Of a stretch of 64,000 nucleotides of DNA, positions 8,477-18,464 are shown in pieces (the first letter of the stretch is position 1; each line of letters opens with the position of its first letter). A model generated the notes under the pieces. The model did no database searches and was not told the origin of the DNA. It saw only the letters and a program-made list of their open reading frames with translations. The stretch is from Pirellulales bacterium (lineage in GTDB: Bacteria; Planctomycetota; Planctomycetia; Pirellulales; UBA1268), in assembly GCA_044369655.1 (NCBI GenBank), contig JBILWX010000005.1, forward strand, positions 2,476-66,475, given 5' to 3'. A program made the translations under genes and the position numbers.

Positions 8477-11400
8477 ATGCCCACCGCAGCCATTTCCAGC
8501 CCCGGCGGCCGCCCTGAACCGCATCCTGCGGACGGGAGGCCGAACGATGCCACCATGCCTGGTGCCGCATCGCCGGCCGCGGTGTCGATGATGGGATTGA
8601 TGCTCGCGCGGCTCGAGTCGTCCTACGATCGTCCTGCCGTCTGCGATGCCCTGGACGAACGACGGACCTGGACCTGGGGTGAGCTTGTCGCGGCGGCCGT
8701 CGAACTCGCCGATCACTTTGACAGCGCGGGCCTCCGCCGGGGCGACAGGCTCGCGCATGTGGGATCGCACTCCGCCGACTGGATCGTTATCGACCTGGCC
8801 TGCCAGTTGGCTGGCATCGTGCACGTGCCGCTCCATGCCGATGCGACCGCCGGGGAGCACACCGCCCAATTGGCATGGCTGGCGCCCCAAGGCTTCGTAT
8901 GGAGCGGCTCCAGCCGGGGCGGAGGCTCCGTTGCCGGCGTCCCGATCGCCCTCGATCTGCGGCCGCAGCCTCGGTCGCATCAACGAACGTCTTCACACGG
9001 CGCGATCGATGCCGGCGTGCTGAAGTCGGCCAACTGGCGGCGGCGGCACGCCGACCGCGCAGCGCTCCGCGACGACGTCGCACGGTATGCCGAGTCGTGC
9101 GATCCCGATGCCCACAGCGTGATCCTGCTCTCCTCCGGCACGACCGGCCGGCCGAAGGGCGTCGTGCACTCGCAGCGGTCGGTGGTCACCAACGCAGTCG
9201 CCGCCACCAGAGTCTTTCTCGACGAGCCCGACGACGTGCGGCTCTCGTGGCTGCCGCTGAGCCACTCGCTCGCCCGCACCGGTGATCTGGTCACGGCACT
9301 GGTCCGCGGCGGCTGCCTGAATGTCGTCACCGACCGTCGCCGGGTACTCGACGCCTGCCGGGTGCTGCCGCCGACCGTCGTGCTGGGCGTGCCCGCTTTT
9401 TTCGAGCGGCTGGAACGCGCCGCCGAATCGGGACGGATTCCCGACCTGCCGGCGGCGCTCGGCGGCCGCGTGCGGGTCTGCGTGTCGGGCGGAGCGGCCC
9501 TCCGAGCGCGGACCGCGGCGGCGTTTTCCAACCGCGGCCTGCCACTGGTGCAGGGCTACGGTCTCGCCGAAGCAGGGCCGGTGGTCACGCTCTCCAATCC
9601 GCGGATCGCGCGGCCCGGCACCGTGGGGCCGGCGATCGAGGGTGTGGAACTCTCGCTCGATGCTCGGCCCGCCACGCGCGGACAGCTGCTCGTGCGAACT
9701 CCCAGCCGTGCGCTCGGCGTGATCGGAGACGACTCGCAGCATGCGCAGACCGAATGGATGGAGACCGGCGACCTGGCCGCCATCGACGCCGACGGCCACG
9801 TTCGCATCACGGGCCGAATCGTCGACACGCTCGTCTTGTCCGGCGGCACGAAGGTGCCGCCCGCCGAGGTGGAAGCGGCGCTGGCGGAGGATCCGGTCGT
9901 CGCGCAGATCTGCGTGGTGGGCGATGGCCTGCCAGCGCCGGTTGCGCTCGTCGTGCCGGAGCCTGCCGTGCTGCGGGCGGCCATCAGGCGGATGGGCGTG
10001 CGGGTCTGGAGTCGGCGGGCCGCCCTGCGTCACCCGCGGGTGCTGCAGTGGCTCGCGCGCCGGCTCGCACGGCGTCAGCGGCATCTCCCCAGGGGCTTTC
10101 GGGTGCGGCGGGCCGTGTTGATCGGCCGGCCGTTCGACGCCGCCCACGGCGAGGCGACCGAATCGCTCAAGCTCATGCGACCGGCGATCGCCTCGCACTT
10201 TGCCGCGGAGATCGCCGCGGCGGCCGAGACGGTGCCACCTTCGTGGATGGCGGTGGTGTCGCCCGGGCCGGCATTTCGGTCACAGCCCGCCGACAGCAAG
10301 CCCCTGCCAGGAGGACAGGACATGGCGACTCGCAGCAGTTGGGCGGCCGCAGGCCTGTGGGGTGGGGCGCAGGCAGATGCCGCCGACCCGCACGGATTCT
10401 CGCGGGCCGCTGCACTGGCAGTGGAGCCGCTGCGTGCTGCGGTCGCGGACGTGGTCGAGCGGGCCGACCGCGTCGTCGCGGACCTGCGGGAACAGTCGCG
10501 GCTGTACGACGCCGTGAGTCCAGGAGACGCCTCCGCCTGGTCGCCAGCGCCTCTGGACGATGCCCCCGCAGCGCCCGTCGGAACATTCTCGGCGACGGCG
10601 GAGGCGGCGCTCGGCGAGGCCGGACTCTGGGGGCTGCTCGTCCCGGAACGGTTTGGAGGCACCGGCTGCACCCTGCAGGAATTGGCACGCGTCATCACGC
10701 GGTTCGCCGCCGACGCACCCACGGCCGCCGGCATGCTCTCGGTCCATTCGTCGATCGGCGCGGTGGCCGCGCTGTCGACGTTCGGCACGCAGAGCCAGCA
10801 GGAGCGGCATCTGCCCGGCCTCGCGCAGGGGCGGCCGCTCTCGATCTTCGGCGCCACCGAGCCCGACGCCGGCTGCGACCTGCATGCGATCGGCTCACGC
10901 CTGGAACACGACGCCGGCCGGGTGCTGCTTACCGGCACGAAGATGTTCATCACCGGCGCGACCTACGGCCGGCTTATCAAGCTGCTGGCCCTGCTCGATG
11001 GTCGGCCCGCGGTCGTGCTCGTGCGGCTGCCCGCTGCCGACACGCCGTCGTTTCGACTGCGGCACTACGGGCTCCATCCCCTGAAGCACGCCCACAATGC
11101 GGCGCTCGAGTTCAATCGCCACGAGGTGGACGCCGCCGACATCCTGCCGCCGCCTGCCGGCTCGTCCGATGGCATGCCGATCGTCTGGCATGGCCTCAAC
11201 CGCGGCCGTGTCACGCTCGCCGCCCAGGCGGCAGGCACGCTGCGGCTGCTCGTGCGGCACGCCCGCGACCACGCCCTCCGCCGCCGCACCTGGGGCGAGC
11301 CGATCGCGTCCCGGGAACTCGTGCAGGGACGGCTGGCACGGATCCAAGCCGGCATCGTCGCCTGCGACAGCCTCGCCGCCTGGGCGGCGGCGGCGATCGA

Positions 11401-12064
11401 CGCCGGCCAGTCGGGCGAACTGGAAGCGATCATCGCCAAGATCGTGGCGGGAGAGTGCGTGCGCGAGGGGGCGATCAACAGCCTCGGCGTGCACGGCGGC
11501 CGGGCGTTTCTCGTCGGCCATCCGCTCGGCGACTCTTTCCACGACCACTTCGCCGTGACGGTCTACGAGGGGGAGAGCGAACTGCTCGGGCTCGCCCTCT
11601 TCAAGGGGCTCGCCAAGCACCATCCGCTCGCCGGCCTCGCCCGCGGGGCCTCTGGCGGCAGACGGGCCGCCGCATGGCTCGCGTGGCGGATCGGGCTCCT
11701 CGGCCGGCGGCCCGGCGGCCACGATCGCGGCATGCTCGACCGCCGGCTACGGGATCACGCCGCCGACGCGCGGCGGCTGCTCGATCTGGCGGCGATCCGC
11801 ATCGACCGCGGCATCCGCCGGCATGGCAAGACGTTGACCGACCGGCAGCTGCTCGTCGGCGGCTGGTCGGCCGAGGTCCGCGATCTGGTGAGCGTGCTCG
11901 CGGTAACGCATCATGCCGACGCGACGGGCGACGACACCGATCTCCTGGCGGCCGACTGCTGGTGCCGGCTGGCACTCGCCCGCGCCCGCGGCCGACGGCT
12001 GACCGCCTCGGACCACGCGGCACTGGCGTCGCTCGGGCGGACCGTGGCGAAGCACGGAGCATAA
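8477..12064 (+). CDS. Fusion of a long-chain acyl-CoA synthetase (AMP-binding) and an acyl-CoA dehydrogenase
   Basis: N-half SSGTTGRPKG, GYGLAE, TGD, GR motifs; C-half GLLVPERFGG, TEPDAGCD, GTKMFIT, HGGRAF, YEG. Confidence 0.88.
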   Translation: MPTAAISSPGGRPEPHPADGRPNDATMPGAASPAAVSMMGLMLARLESSYDRPAVCDALDERRTWTWGELVAAAVELADHFDSAGLRRGDRLAHVGSHSADWIVIDLACQLAGIVHVPLHADATAGEHTAQLAWLAPQGFVWSGSSRGGGSVAGVPIALDLRPQPRSHQRTSSHGAIDAGVLKSANWRRRHADRAALRDDVARYAESCDPDAHSVILLSSGTTGRPKGVVHSQRSVVTNAVAATRVFLDEPDDVRLSWLPLSHSLARTGDLVTALVRGGCLNVVTDRRRVLDACRVLPPTVVLGVPAFFERLERAAESGRIPDLPAALGGRVRVCVSGGAALRARTAAAFSNRGLPLVQGYGLAEAGPVVTLSNPRIARPGTVGPAIEGVELSLDARPATRGQLLVRTPSRALGVIGDDSQHAQTEWMETGDLAAIDADGHVRITGRIVDTLVLSGGTKVPPAEVEAALAEDPVVAQICVVGDGLPAPVALVVPEPAVLRAAIRRMGVRVWSRRAALRHPRVLQWLARRLARRQRHLPRGFRVRRAVLIGRPFDAAHGEATESLKLMRPAIASHFAAEIAAAAETVPPSWMAVVSPGPAFRSQPADSKPLPGGQDMATRSSWAAAGLWGGAQADAADPHGFSRAAALAVEPLRAAVADVVERADRVVADLREQSRLYDAVSPGDASAWSPAPLDDAPAAPVGTFSATAEAALGEAGLWGLLVPERFGGTGCTLQELARVITRFAADAPTAAGMLSVHSSIGAVAALSTFGTQSQQERHLPGLAQGRPLSIFGATEPDAGCDLHAIGSRLEHDAGRVLLTGTKMFITGATYGRLIKLLALLDGRPAVVLVRLPAADTPSFRLRHYGLHPLKHAHNAALEFNRHEVDAADILPPPAGSSDGMPIVWHGLNRGRVTLAAQAAGTLRLLVRHARDHALRRRTWGEPIASRELVQGRLARIQAGIVACDSLAAWAAAAIDAGQSGELEAIIAKIVAGECVREGAINSLGVHGGRAFLVGHPLGDSFHDHFAVTVYEGESELLGLALFKGLAKHHPLAGLARGASGGRRAAAWLAWRIGLLGRRPGGHDRGMLDRRLRDHAADARRLLDLAAIRIDRGIRRHGKTLTDRQLLVGGWSAEVRDLVSVLAVTHHADATGDDTDLLAADCWCRLALARARGRRLTASDHAALASLGRTVAKHGA

Positions 12065-12096
12065 CGGCGGCCTCTTCCGGGTCTGGCCGCTCGTGC

Positions 12097-13173
12097 CTAC
12101 CGGCTTGTGACGAGCGCCGGCCACCAGCTGCAGAGGTACCAGGCGCGGGGCGTGGTCCATTCGGCGAAGGCCTCGAGGGCCGTCCGTCCCGCCATGCCCG
12201 GAGCGGCCATCCCCTGCGTGCCCGCGGAAAAGTCGCCGTTGAGCACGTCCTTCAAAAGCCCGCGGGGCTTCGAATACCGAACGACGCGGGCGGTCTCCTT
12301 CGTGAGGCCCGCCAACTCCACCGCCCGCGCGACGGCATCCTCCAGGAACCCGATACGATCGACCAGGCCGGCGTCGACGGCCTGTTGGGCCGTGAAGATC
12401 TGGCCCGTGGTCACGCTCGCGAGCTTCTCGTCGTCGAGCTTCGGTCGCCCCTGTTTGACGATCTCCTTGAACCGGGCGAACATCTCGTCGACCAGACTCT
12501 GCAACACCTTCCTCTCGCGCTCGGCCAGCTCGGGCGTGCGGTCCTTCGTGGGGCTGAGCATCTCCTTGAGGGGGCCGCTGGTGATCGAGTCGTCCTCGAT
12601 GTCGAACCTCTTCAACAGTTTCGACACGTCGAAGTGCGGGATGATCACGCCGATCGATCCGGTCAGCGTGGCCGGCTCGGCGAAGATCACGTCATCGCGG
12701 CCGCCGTTGGCCATGGCCACGTAATAGCCGCCGCTCGCCGCGATGCCCCCCATGCTCACCACGACCGGCAGGTTGCGTTCCTTGGCGAGCTCCGCCAGCC
12801 GGTAGTGGAGTTCGTCGCTGCCGCTGACCGTGCCACCCGGAGAATCGACGCGGAGCACGATCGCCTTGACGCTCTCGTCCTCCTTGACGTGATCGAGCTG
12901 CGCCCGGGCGAAGCCGTTGCCCCCCATGATGGCGCCGGCGATGTCGACGATCGCCACCTTCGAGGACGCCATTCTCGCGAGCGAGTGGTATTTCTCCACC
13001 ACGTGTGCGTCGCGCTGGAAATACTGCGCCGCCGCCCCGGCGCTGGCCAGCGCCGAGAGCACCGCGACGCCTGCGATCGACCAGGCGATCCACGCACTCC
13101 AGCGGCCCCAGATTCCTCCCTGCTCCAGGATCACTCGTGTCGGCGGCGGTGAGAGCGTCTGTTCGATCTGCAT
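12097..13173 (-). CDS. sppA: Signal peptide peptidase SppA (short, 36K type)
   Basis: N-terminal TM, LRVDSPGG, AASGGYY, TGSIGV, GPLK, GLVDRIG. Confidence 0.93.
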   Translation of the reverse strand: MQIEQTLSPPPTRVILEQGGIWGRWSAWIAWSIAGVAVLSALASAGAAAQYFQRDAHVVEKYHSLARMASSKVAIVDIAGAIMGGNGFARAQLDHVKEDESVKAIVLRVDSPGGTVSGSDELHYRLAELAKERNLPVVVSMGGIAASGGYYVAMANGGRDDVIFAEPATLTGSIGVIIPHFDVSKLLKRFDIEDDSITSGPLKEMLSPTKDRTPELAERERKVLQSLVDEMFARFKEIVKQGRPKLDDEKLASVTTGQIFTAQQAVDAGLVDRIGFLEDAVARAVELAGLTKETARVVRYSKPRGLLKDVLNGDFSAGTQGMAAPGMAGRTALEAFAEWTTPRAWYLCSWWPALVTSR

Positions 13174-13216
13174 GGTGGAGCTCCGACGGGTGGCGGTGAC
13201 GGGACGGAACACCAGT

Positions 13217-13246
13217 TTGCCATTTTTCGACGCATGCCGTTACTCT
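13217..13246 (+). promoter_or_regulatory. Possible sigma70 promoter for the epimerase gene
   Basis: TTGCCA-18 nt-TACTCT in the divergent intergenic region. Confidence 0.3.
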
Positions 13247-13343
13247 GACCCCCTGTCGGGCACGATTCCCGGGCACGGCGGTGCCGCGGGAGCTTGTCCC
13301 GGCTGCATCAGTGAGATTGACAGCGCGAGAGGAGAGTGGCGAC

Positions 13344-14090
13344 GTGTTTGTGTGTGTCAGTACCGAGTGTTTTCCCGATCTGCCGCTGGCCAAGGCGATG
13401 GAGCGGCTGGCGGAACTCGAATTCACCGCCGTGGAGATCGATGTCCACGAAGGGGGGCCCCACCTGCAGCCTGGTGGCGTGGCCGCCAACCCCGAGGCGG
13501 CGATCGCTGCCTGCAGCGATCTGCAGCGGCTCCGCCCGGTGGCCATCTCGTTTGCGTCCCCCGAGACCCCCGAACTCTACGACCGCTTCGCGGCCTGCTG
13601 CCGCCTCGCGAAGTCGCTTGCGGTGGTGACCATCGTGGTCGACGCTTCGGAGCTGGGCACGCCGTTCAATGGTGAAATCGAGCGGCTGCGCAAGATGGTG
13701 GCGATCGCGTCGGCGCTGGGAATCGTGGTCGGTGTAAAAACCACCGCCGGCCGCATGACCCAGGATGCCGAAACGACCGCCTCGCTCTGCCGCAACGTGC
13801 CCGGCCTCGGCGTCACGCTCGACCCGAGCCACTTCATCCACGGCCACAAGAAGCAGGCGTCGTGGGAGCCGATCCTCAAGTATGTCTGTCACGTCCACCT
13901 GCGCGACACCAAGCCCGACGCGCTGCAGGTGCGGATTGGCCAGGGATGCGTCGAGTACGGGAAACTCGTCAGCCAACTGGAGCGGGTGGGCTACAAGCGT
14001 GCCCTGTGCGCCCACATGCCGCCGCTCGACAACGTCGAGCAGGTCGCCGAACTCCGCAAAATGCGGCTGCTGCTCGAAAGCCTGCTCTGA
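13344..14090 (+). CDS. Sugar phosphate isomerase/epimerase (xylose isomerase-like TIM barrel)
   Basis: LEFTAVEI, GVTLDPSHF, HVHLRD, IGQGCVEY; GTG start after AGAGGAG. Confidence 0.8.
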   Translation: MFVCVSTECFPDLPLAKAMERLAELEFTAVEIDVHEGGPHLQPGGVAANPEAAIAACSDLQRLRPVAISFASPETPELYDRFAACCRLAKSLAVVTIVVDASELGTPFNGEIERLRKMVAIASALGIVVGVKTTAGRMTQDAETTASLCRNVPGLGVTLDPSHFIHGHKKQASWEPILKYVCHVHLRDTKPDALQVRIGQGCVEYGKLVSQLERVGYKRALCAHMPPLDNVEQVAELRKMRLLLESLL

Positions 14091-14095
14091 ATATC

Positions 14096-14128
14096 CGTGG
14101 AAAAAGCCATCCAAGGCCTTTTTCCACG
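14096..14128. terminator. Inverted repeat between convergent genes (possible bidirectional terminator or operator)
   Basis: 11-bp stem CGTGGAAAAAG/CTTTTTCCACG. Confidence 0.45.
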
Positions 14129-14205
14129 AAGTCGACCGCCGCTTCCTGCGGCGGATAACTGTATCGATCTGCTGCTAGGGGTCGCCGGACCATCGACTCC
14201 GATGC

Positions 14206-16689
14206 CTACCGGAGCGTGGAGCCGGAGGCTTCGGCCCGGCTGGCCATCTCGGCGTAGGTCTGCGACTGCGTGTCGTCACCCTGCTCGGCGTACATCGTCG
14301 ACAGGTTGCCATAGGCGACCGCCAGAGATCGTTCCTCGAGCAGCTTGGCGTCGACCGCGGCCACCATCAACTCGACGCCCCGACGGCTGAGGGCCATGGC
14401 GTCATCGCGTCGATCGACCTGCCAGTAGGAGATCGCCATGCTGACGTACGATTCGCCGAGCTGCCCGACTTCGCGGTCGCGATCGAGCCTGGGATTGCCC
14501 TCCCACATGGGGATCACCCGGTCGAACCAGGTCACCGCCGTGGCATGGTCACCCCGCTGCAGGCTGTGCATGATGCCGATGCGGAAGAGCAGGTCGCCGA
14601 CATGTTTGCGTTCCTTGTCGGTCAGTTGGCGATGTTCGCCACCCCGCTCGAGGTACGCCGCGGTGAGCGTCGCGTTGTCGAGCATGTCGGAGGCGTCGCC
14701 ACGGAGTTGAGCGGCGGCCAGGGCATCGAGCAGCCCGAGCCCCACCTCCCAGTCGATTTCGCGCCGCCGCCACGGATCCTTCACCGACTCGCCCATGCGG
14801 TCGCGAAGTTCCAGCAGTCGCTTCACCCACGGGAGCGGCTCGACCGAATCGGCCGAGCCGGCTGCGACCGTCAGGACGCCGCGGCACAGCTGCAGTTCCA
14901 GCGTCTGCTGGACAGCCGCCTCCCCCTTGCACTCGGCGACGACGGCCTCGCTCCGGGCGATCCACTTGGGGATCACCCGGCTCTTTTGCTGCCAGGTTCC
15001 CTGGGCGATCGCCTGGGCCGTACCCAGATGGGCGTCGAGCATGATCTCCCGCGAAGCCTGCTGCACCGCGGGGGAACGCTTGACAAGTAACGCCGACGAC
15101 CGACGGATCGCCTCCGCGAAGTGCTCCACGGCCTTTTGGTGGTCCGGCGTGGCACCGGCCAGTTCGATGCGGCCCAGCAGCCGCTCGACCTGTGCCGCCA
15201 CGAGCGGCGGGGTGTTGGGCGTGGCTTTCACGGACTCGACGACGGCGCGGGCCTCTCCGGGACGGTCGAGGGCCACGAGAATCCCGCCATGCTTCATCTT
15301 GGTCCACACGTCGGACGGGTCGATCTGTTCGGCGACCTCCGCCAGCCCCAAGGCCTGCTGCCACTTCCCCTGCTCGCACATGAGCACCATCAGGAGCCGA
15401 TGGGCGCGAAGGTGCCTGGGATCGATCTCGACCGCGTATTGCAGGTCAGCCACGGCGTAGGCGCTGCACGTGTCGATCTCCCCCTCGGCCCGCAGCACGA
15501 ACGACTCCGGATCGAGCGGCTCGATCATCACCGCGGTGGCCGATTGGGTGCCCGGCTTGACGCTGAAGATGACGCCCCGCTCCGGAAACACCTCGCCGAT
15601 CGAGACGCCCTGCTCGTCGAGGATCGACACCGTGCGCAGGTCGGCGATCTCCAACTGCTTGGCCAGGTCGCCGACCGCGACGGGTTCGGCCAGCTTGATG
15701 CGAATCGCCGACACGATGTCTCCCTCGATCGTGACCTCGACCCGCTCGAAGGGCTCGATCTTCCAGAAAAATCCTCGCGTGCCATCCTCCCGGGTAAAGG
15801 GTTCGCCCGCGCCCCAGCCGGCCCGCAGTTCTTCGCCGGTGGTCTTGCCGGGATAGACGCCGCGAAAGCTCGCCGGGTCGATCGACAGCGTGGGCGTCTC
15901 GTCGGGAGTGGCGGCCACCGGAGCGGTGACCGTGGTCTTCGATGCCCGCTCGGTCGGCGGCACCACCGCAGGGCGCACGGCGGCCGGCGCGGCGACGGCG
16001 GAGGCGTCTTCGGTGCCTGGATCGGCGGTGTCGGCAGTCGTCGTCTCGGACTTGGCCGGGCTCCCGACGGCCAACGAGACCGGAGGCTTCGCGGTCGGCT
16101 TCGGCAGCACGGCCACCTTGTCGGTCAGCCAGCGCTTGAGCACGCTCGTCTCGGGCCCCAGCTCGGACTTACCGGTGGATTCCTCGACTGCCGGGGCAGT
16201 TGCCGGGGTCGCCGCCGGTGCTCCTGTCGGCACGAGATCGGTCCATTCGGCAGTGAGTCGGCCGGACGGCTCCGCGGCCGCCCCGGACTCCGAACGCAGC
16301 ACGGCCGGAGCAGGTTTGACCTCCGCGCGGAAGGCCGGTTCGGCGACGTCTGCGGATGGTTTCGCGACCCGTTGGGCTGAGAGTTGGCCGGAAGCTGCGG
16401 GCAACTTGCTCCCGGCGAGCGGCTGTGGCTGGGCCGGCGATGCAGTGGCGGACCGCCCGCTCTCCGTCTGATTCTTGGGCACGGGGACAGCCCCCTGCTG
16501 CCGTTCTGCCTTCTCCTTCGCGGCGGGATCACCGATCGATTCGATCCACCGCGGCAGACGCATGATCGCCCGCGGCGGCTCGGACCGCGTGATGTCGTCG
16601 GCATGGATGGCGCCGGCGACCGCGAACGCGGCAGCGGCGGAGAACAGTGATCGCGAGACAGAACGAGGCAGGCACCGCAGCGTGGCCAC
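14206..16689 (-). CDS. Secreted TPR-containing hypothetical protein
   Basis: Signal-peptide-like N-terminus, Pro/Ala linker, TPR-like helices (AVEIDPRHLRAHRLL; AYGNLSTMYAEQG); GTG start after GGAGG. Confidence 0.7.
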   Translation of the reverse strand: MATLRCLPRSVSRSLFSAAAAFAVAGAIHADDITRSEPPRAIMRLPRWIESIGDPAAKEKAERQQGAVPVPKNQTESGRSATASPAQPQPLAGSKLPAASGQLSAQRVAKPSADVAEPAFRAEVKPAPAVLRSESGAAAEPSGRLTAEWTDLVPTGAPAATPATAPAVEESTGKSELGPETSVLKRWLTDKVAVLPKPTAKPPVSLAVGSPAKSETTTADTADPGTEDASAVAAPAAVRPAVVPPTERASKTTVTAPVAATPDETPTLSIDPASFRGVYPGKTTGEELRAGWGAGEPFTREDGTRGFFWKIEPFERVEVTIEGDIVSAIRIKLAEPVAVGDLAKQLEIADLRTVSILDEQGVSIGEVFPERGVIFSVKPGTQSATAVMIEPLDPESFVLRAEGEIDTCSAYAVADLQYAVEIDPRHLRAHRLLMVLMCEQGKWQQALGLAEVAEQIDPSDVWTKMKHGGILVALDRPGEARAVVESVKATPNTPPLVAAQVERLLGRIELAGATPDHQKAVEHFAEAIRRSSALLVKRSPAVQQASREIMLDAHLGTAQAIAQGTWQQKSRVIPKWIARSEAVVAECKGEAAVQQTLELQLCRGVLTVAAGSADSVEPLPWVKRLLELRDRMGESVKDPWRRREIDWEVGLGLLDALAAAQLRGDASDMLDNATLTAAYLERGGEHRQLTDKERKHVGDLLFRIGIMHSLQRGDHATAVTWFDRVIPMWEGNPRLDRDREVGQLGESYVSMAISYWQVDRRDDAMALSRRGVELMVAAVDAKLLEERSLAVAYGNLSTMYAEQGDDTQSQTYAEMASRAEASGSTLR

Positions 16690-16971
16690 GAAAGAACCCT
16701 CCTTGGTTACGGACGGCAAACGCCCGAAGGCGAGGGGAGGGTAGGTGTCGGAATTCACCGCGTCCAGAGCAGATGGGACCCGAATCCGCCCCACATACGA
16801 GGTTCCCCGAAAAGGCCGGTGCCGCCATCGCCGGCGTGACGGGACTGTTGCCACCCCCGAGGCGGTGCTACATCCTTAGGTGACCGAAGTCGGTGGCCGT
16901 GGAAAAAGCCTTCCCCGGCGATGACTTTCAGCCCAAACGCCCCACCTCCCCAGAATGCACGTTCGTCGCCC

Positions 16972-18456
16972 ATGAACAAGTACCGTCCGCAGCATGTCGT
17001 CGTCATCGGTGGCGGAATGGCCGGGCTGTCTGCCGCCGAGGCCCTGACGAGATCCGCCGTCGACGAACCAGCGGCCCGGCGAGTGACGCTGATCGAGCCA
17101 GCGGGACGGCTCGGCGGCGTGGTGGCGACGGTGCGCCGGGACGGTTGGCTCATCGAGCGTTCCGCCGATAGCTTTCTGGCCGCGCGGCCCGAGGCGGTGG
17201 ACTTGGTCGAGCGAGCTGGGCTGACGGACGAGTTGATCGGCGTCGATCCACGAGTCAGACGGGCACTCGTGCTCCACCGTGGTCGCACCCAGCCTGTGCC
17301 CGCCGGATTCAGGCTGCTCGCCCCCGGCCGGGTGCGGGGCATTCTGACCACGACGCTGCTGACCCCCGTGGGTCGTCTCCGGCTGCTCGGCGAACGGTTC
17401 GTACCGCCGAGGAACAAGGGGGTCAGCGATGAATCCCTGGAGCACTTTGCGGTTCGCCGGCTGGGACGCGAGGCCTTTGAGCGGCTCGTTCAGCCGCTCG
17501 CTGCCGGCATCTGGACCGCCGATCCCGCCCGTCTCAGCATGGCCGCGGCGTGCCCCGAGTTTTTTGCCATGGAACTCTCCGCCGGCAGCCTCTGGGCGGG
17601 AGAAGAGCGGCGGGCGAGGTCTGCGGCGGGAAGCTCCCCGGCGGCAGGCGCCCGCTACGGTCAGTTCCTCACGCTCGCCACCGGCATGGAAACCCTGCCG
17701 CGGCGTCTGGCAGACACGCTTGCAGCCCGGGGCGTGCAGTTCGTCACGGCCACCGTCGATGGTCTCCGGCGGCGGCCCGACCGTGCCTGGGAGGTGTGCC
17801 TGCATGGAGCAGCAGCCGCGGACACGCCACGGACGGAAGACGGCGGACACGCCACCAACCACGTCCATCCTCCTGCGGTGATCGAGGCCGATGCCGTCAT
17901 CGTGGCCGTGCCGGCGGCGCCGGCGGCGGCCATGCTGCGGTCTGTCGGCCCGGCGCTGGCCGACGCACTGGCGGCGATCGAATACGCTGGTTCCGCGATC
18001 GTGTCGCTGGGGTTCGCTCGGGAAGACGTGGCCCATCCACTCGACGCTGCCGGGCTGGTGGTGCCGCGTCGCGAGGGCCGGCGCATCCTTGCAGTCAGCT
18101 TTTCAAGCCAGAAGTTTCCGGCGCGGGCGCCGACCGGCTCGGTGCTGATGCGGACGTTCGTGGGGGGCGCCCTCGATCCCCAGACGGCGGAACTCAACGA
18201 CGATCGGCTGGTTCCGCTCGTCCTTGCAGAGTTGCGGGACATCCTGGGAGTCCGGGGCAGGCCGCAGGTCGTGCAGATCGATCGGTGGCAGGGAGCCATG
18301 CCGCAATACACGGTGGGCCACGCAGACCGCGTCGCGAACATCCAGCGGCTGGTCGCTGAACACAGCGGACTGGCCCTCGCGGGAGCGGCCTATGAAGGCG
18401 TCGGCATCCCGCAGGTGATCGCAGCGGGCCAGCTGGCGGCCGCGAAGGTGTCGTGA
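16972..18456 (+). CDS. hemY: Protoporphyrinogen/coproporphyrin oxidase, HemY type
   Basis: VVIGGGMAGLSAA FAD motif, RLGG, AMPQYTVGH, AYEGVGIP. Confidence 0.92.
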   Translation: MNKYRPQHVVVIGGGMAGLSAAEALTRSAVDEPAARRVTLIEPAGRLGGVVATVRRDGWLIERSADSFLAARPEAVDLVERAGLTDELIGVDPRVRRALVLHRGRTQPVPAGFRLLAPGRVRGILTTTLLTPVGRLRLLGERFVPPRNKGVSDESLEHFAVRRLGREAFERLVQPLAAGIWTADPARLSMAAACPEFFAMELSAGSLWAGEERRARSAAGSSPAAGARYGQFLTLATGMETLPRRLADTLAARGVQFVTATVDGLRRRPDRAWEVCLHGAAAADTPRTEDGGHATNHVHPPAVIEADAVIVAVPAAPAAAMLRSVGPALADALAAIEYAGSAIVSLGFAREDVAHPLDAAGLVVPRREGRRILAVSFSSQKFPARAPTGSVLMRTFVGGALDPQTAELNDDRLVPLVLAELRDILGVRGRPQVVQIDRWQGAMPQYTVGHADRVANIQRLVAEHSGLALAGAAYEGVGIPQVIAAGQLAAAKVS

Positions 18457-18464
18457 AGCGCGGC

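Noticed and set aside
9754..13152. 1132-aa ORF and many other long overlapping or antisense ORFs (e.g. 4645-7065, 48483-50735, 60640-62313)
   Set aside because: Arg/Pro/Gly-rich shadow frames expected at high GC, overlapping genes with clear motifs
14091..14170. oriC
   Set aside because: Only imperfect DnaA-like boxes, no AT-rich unwinding element and no dnaA/dnaN nearby; kept only as a low-interest motif
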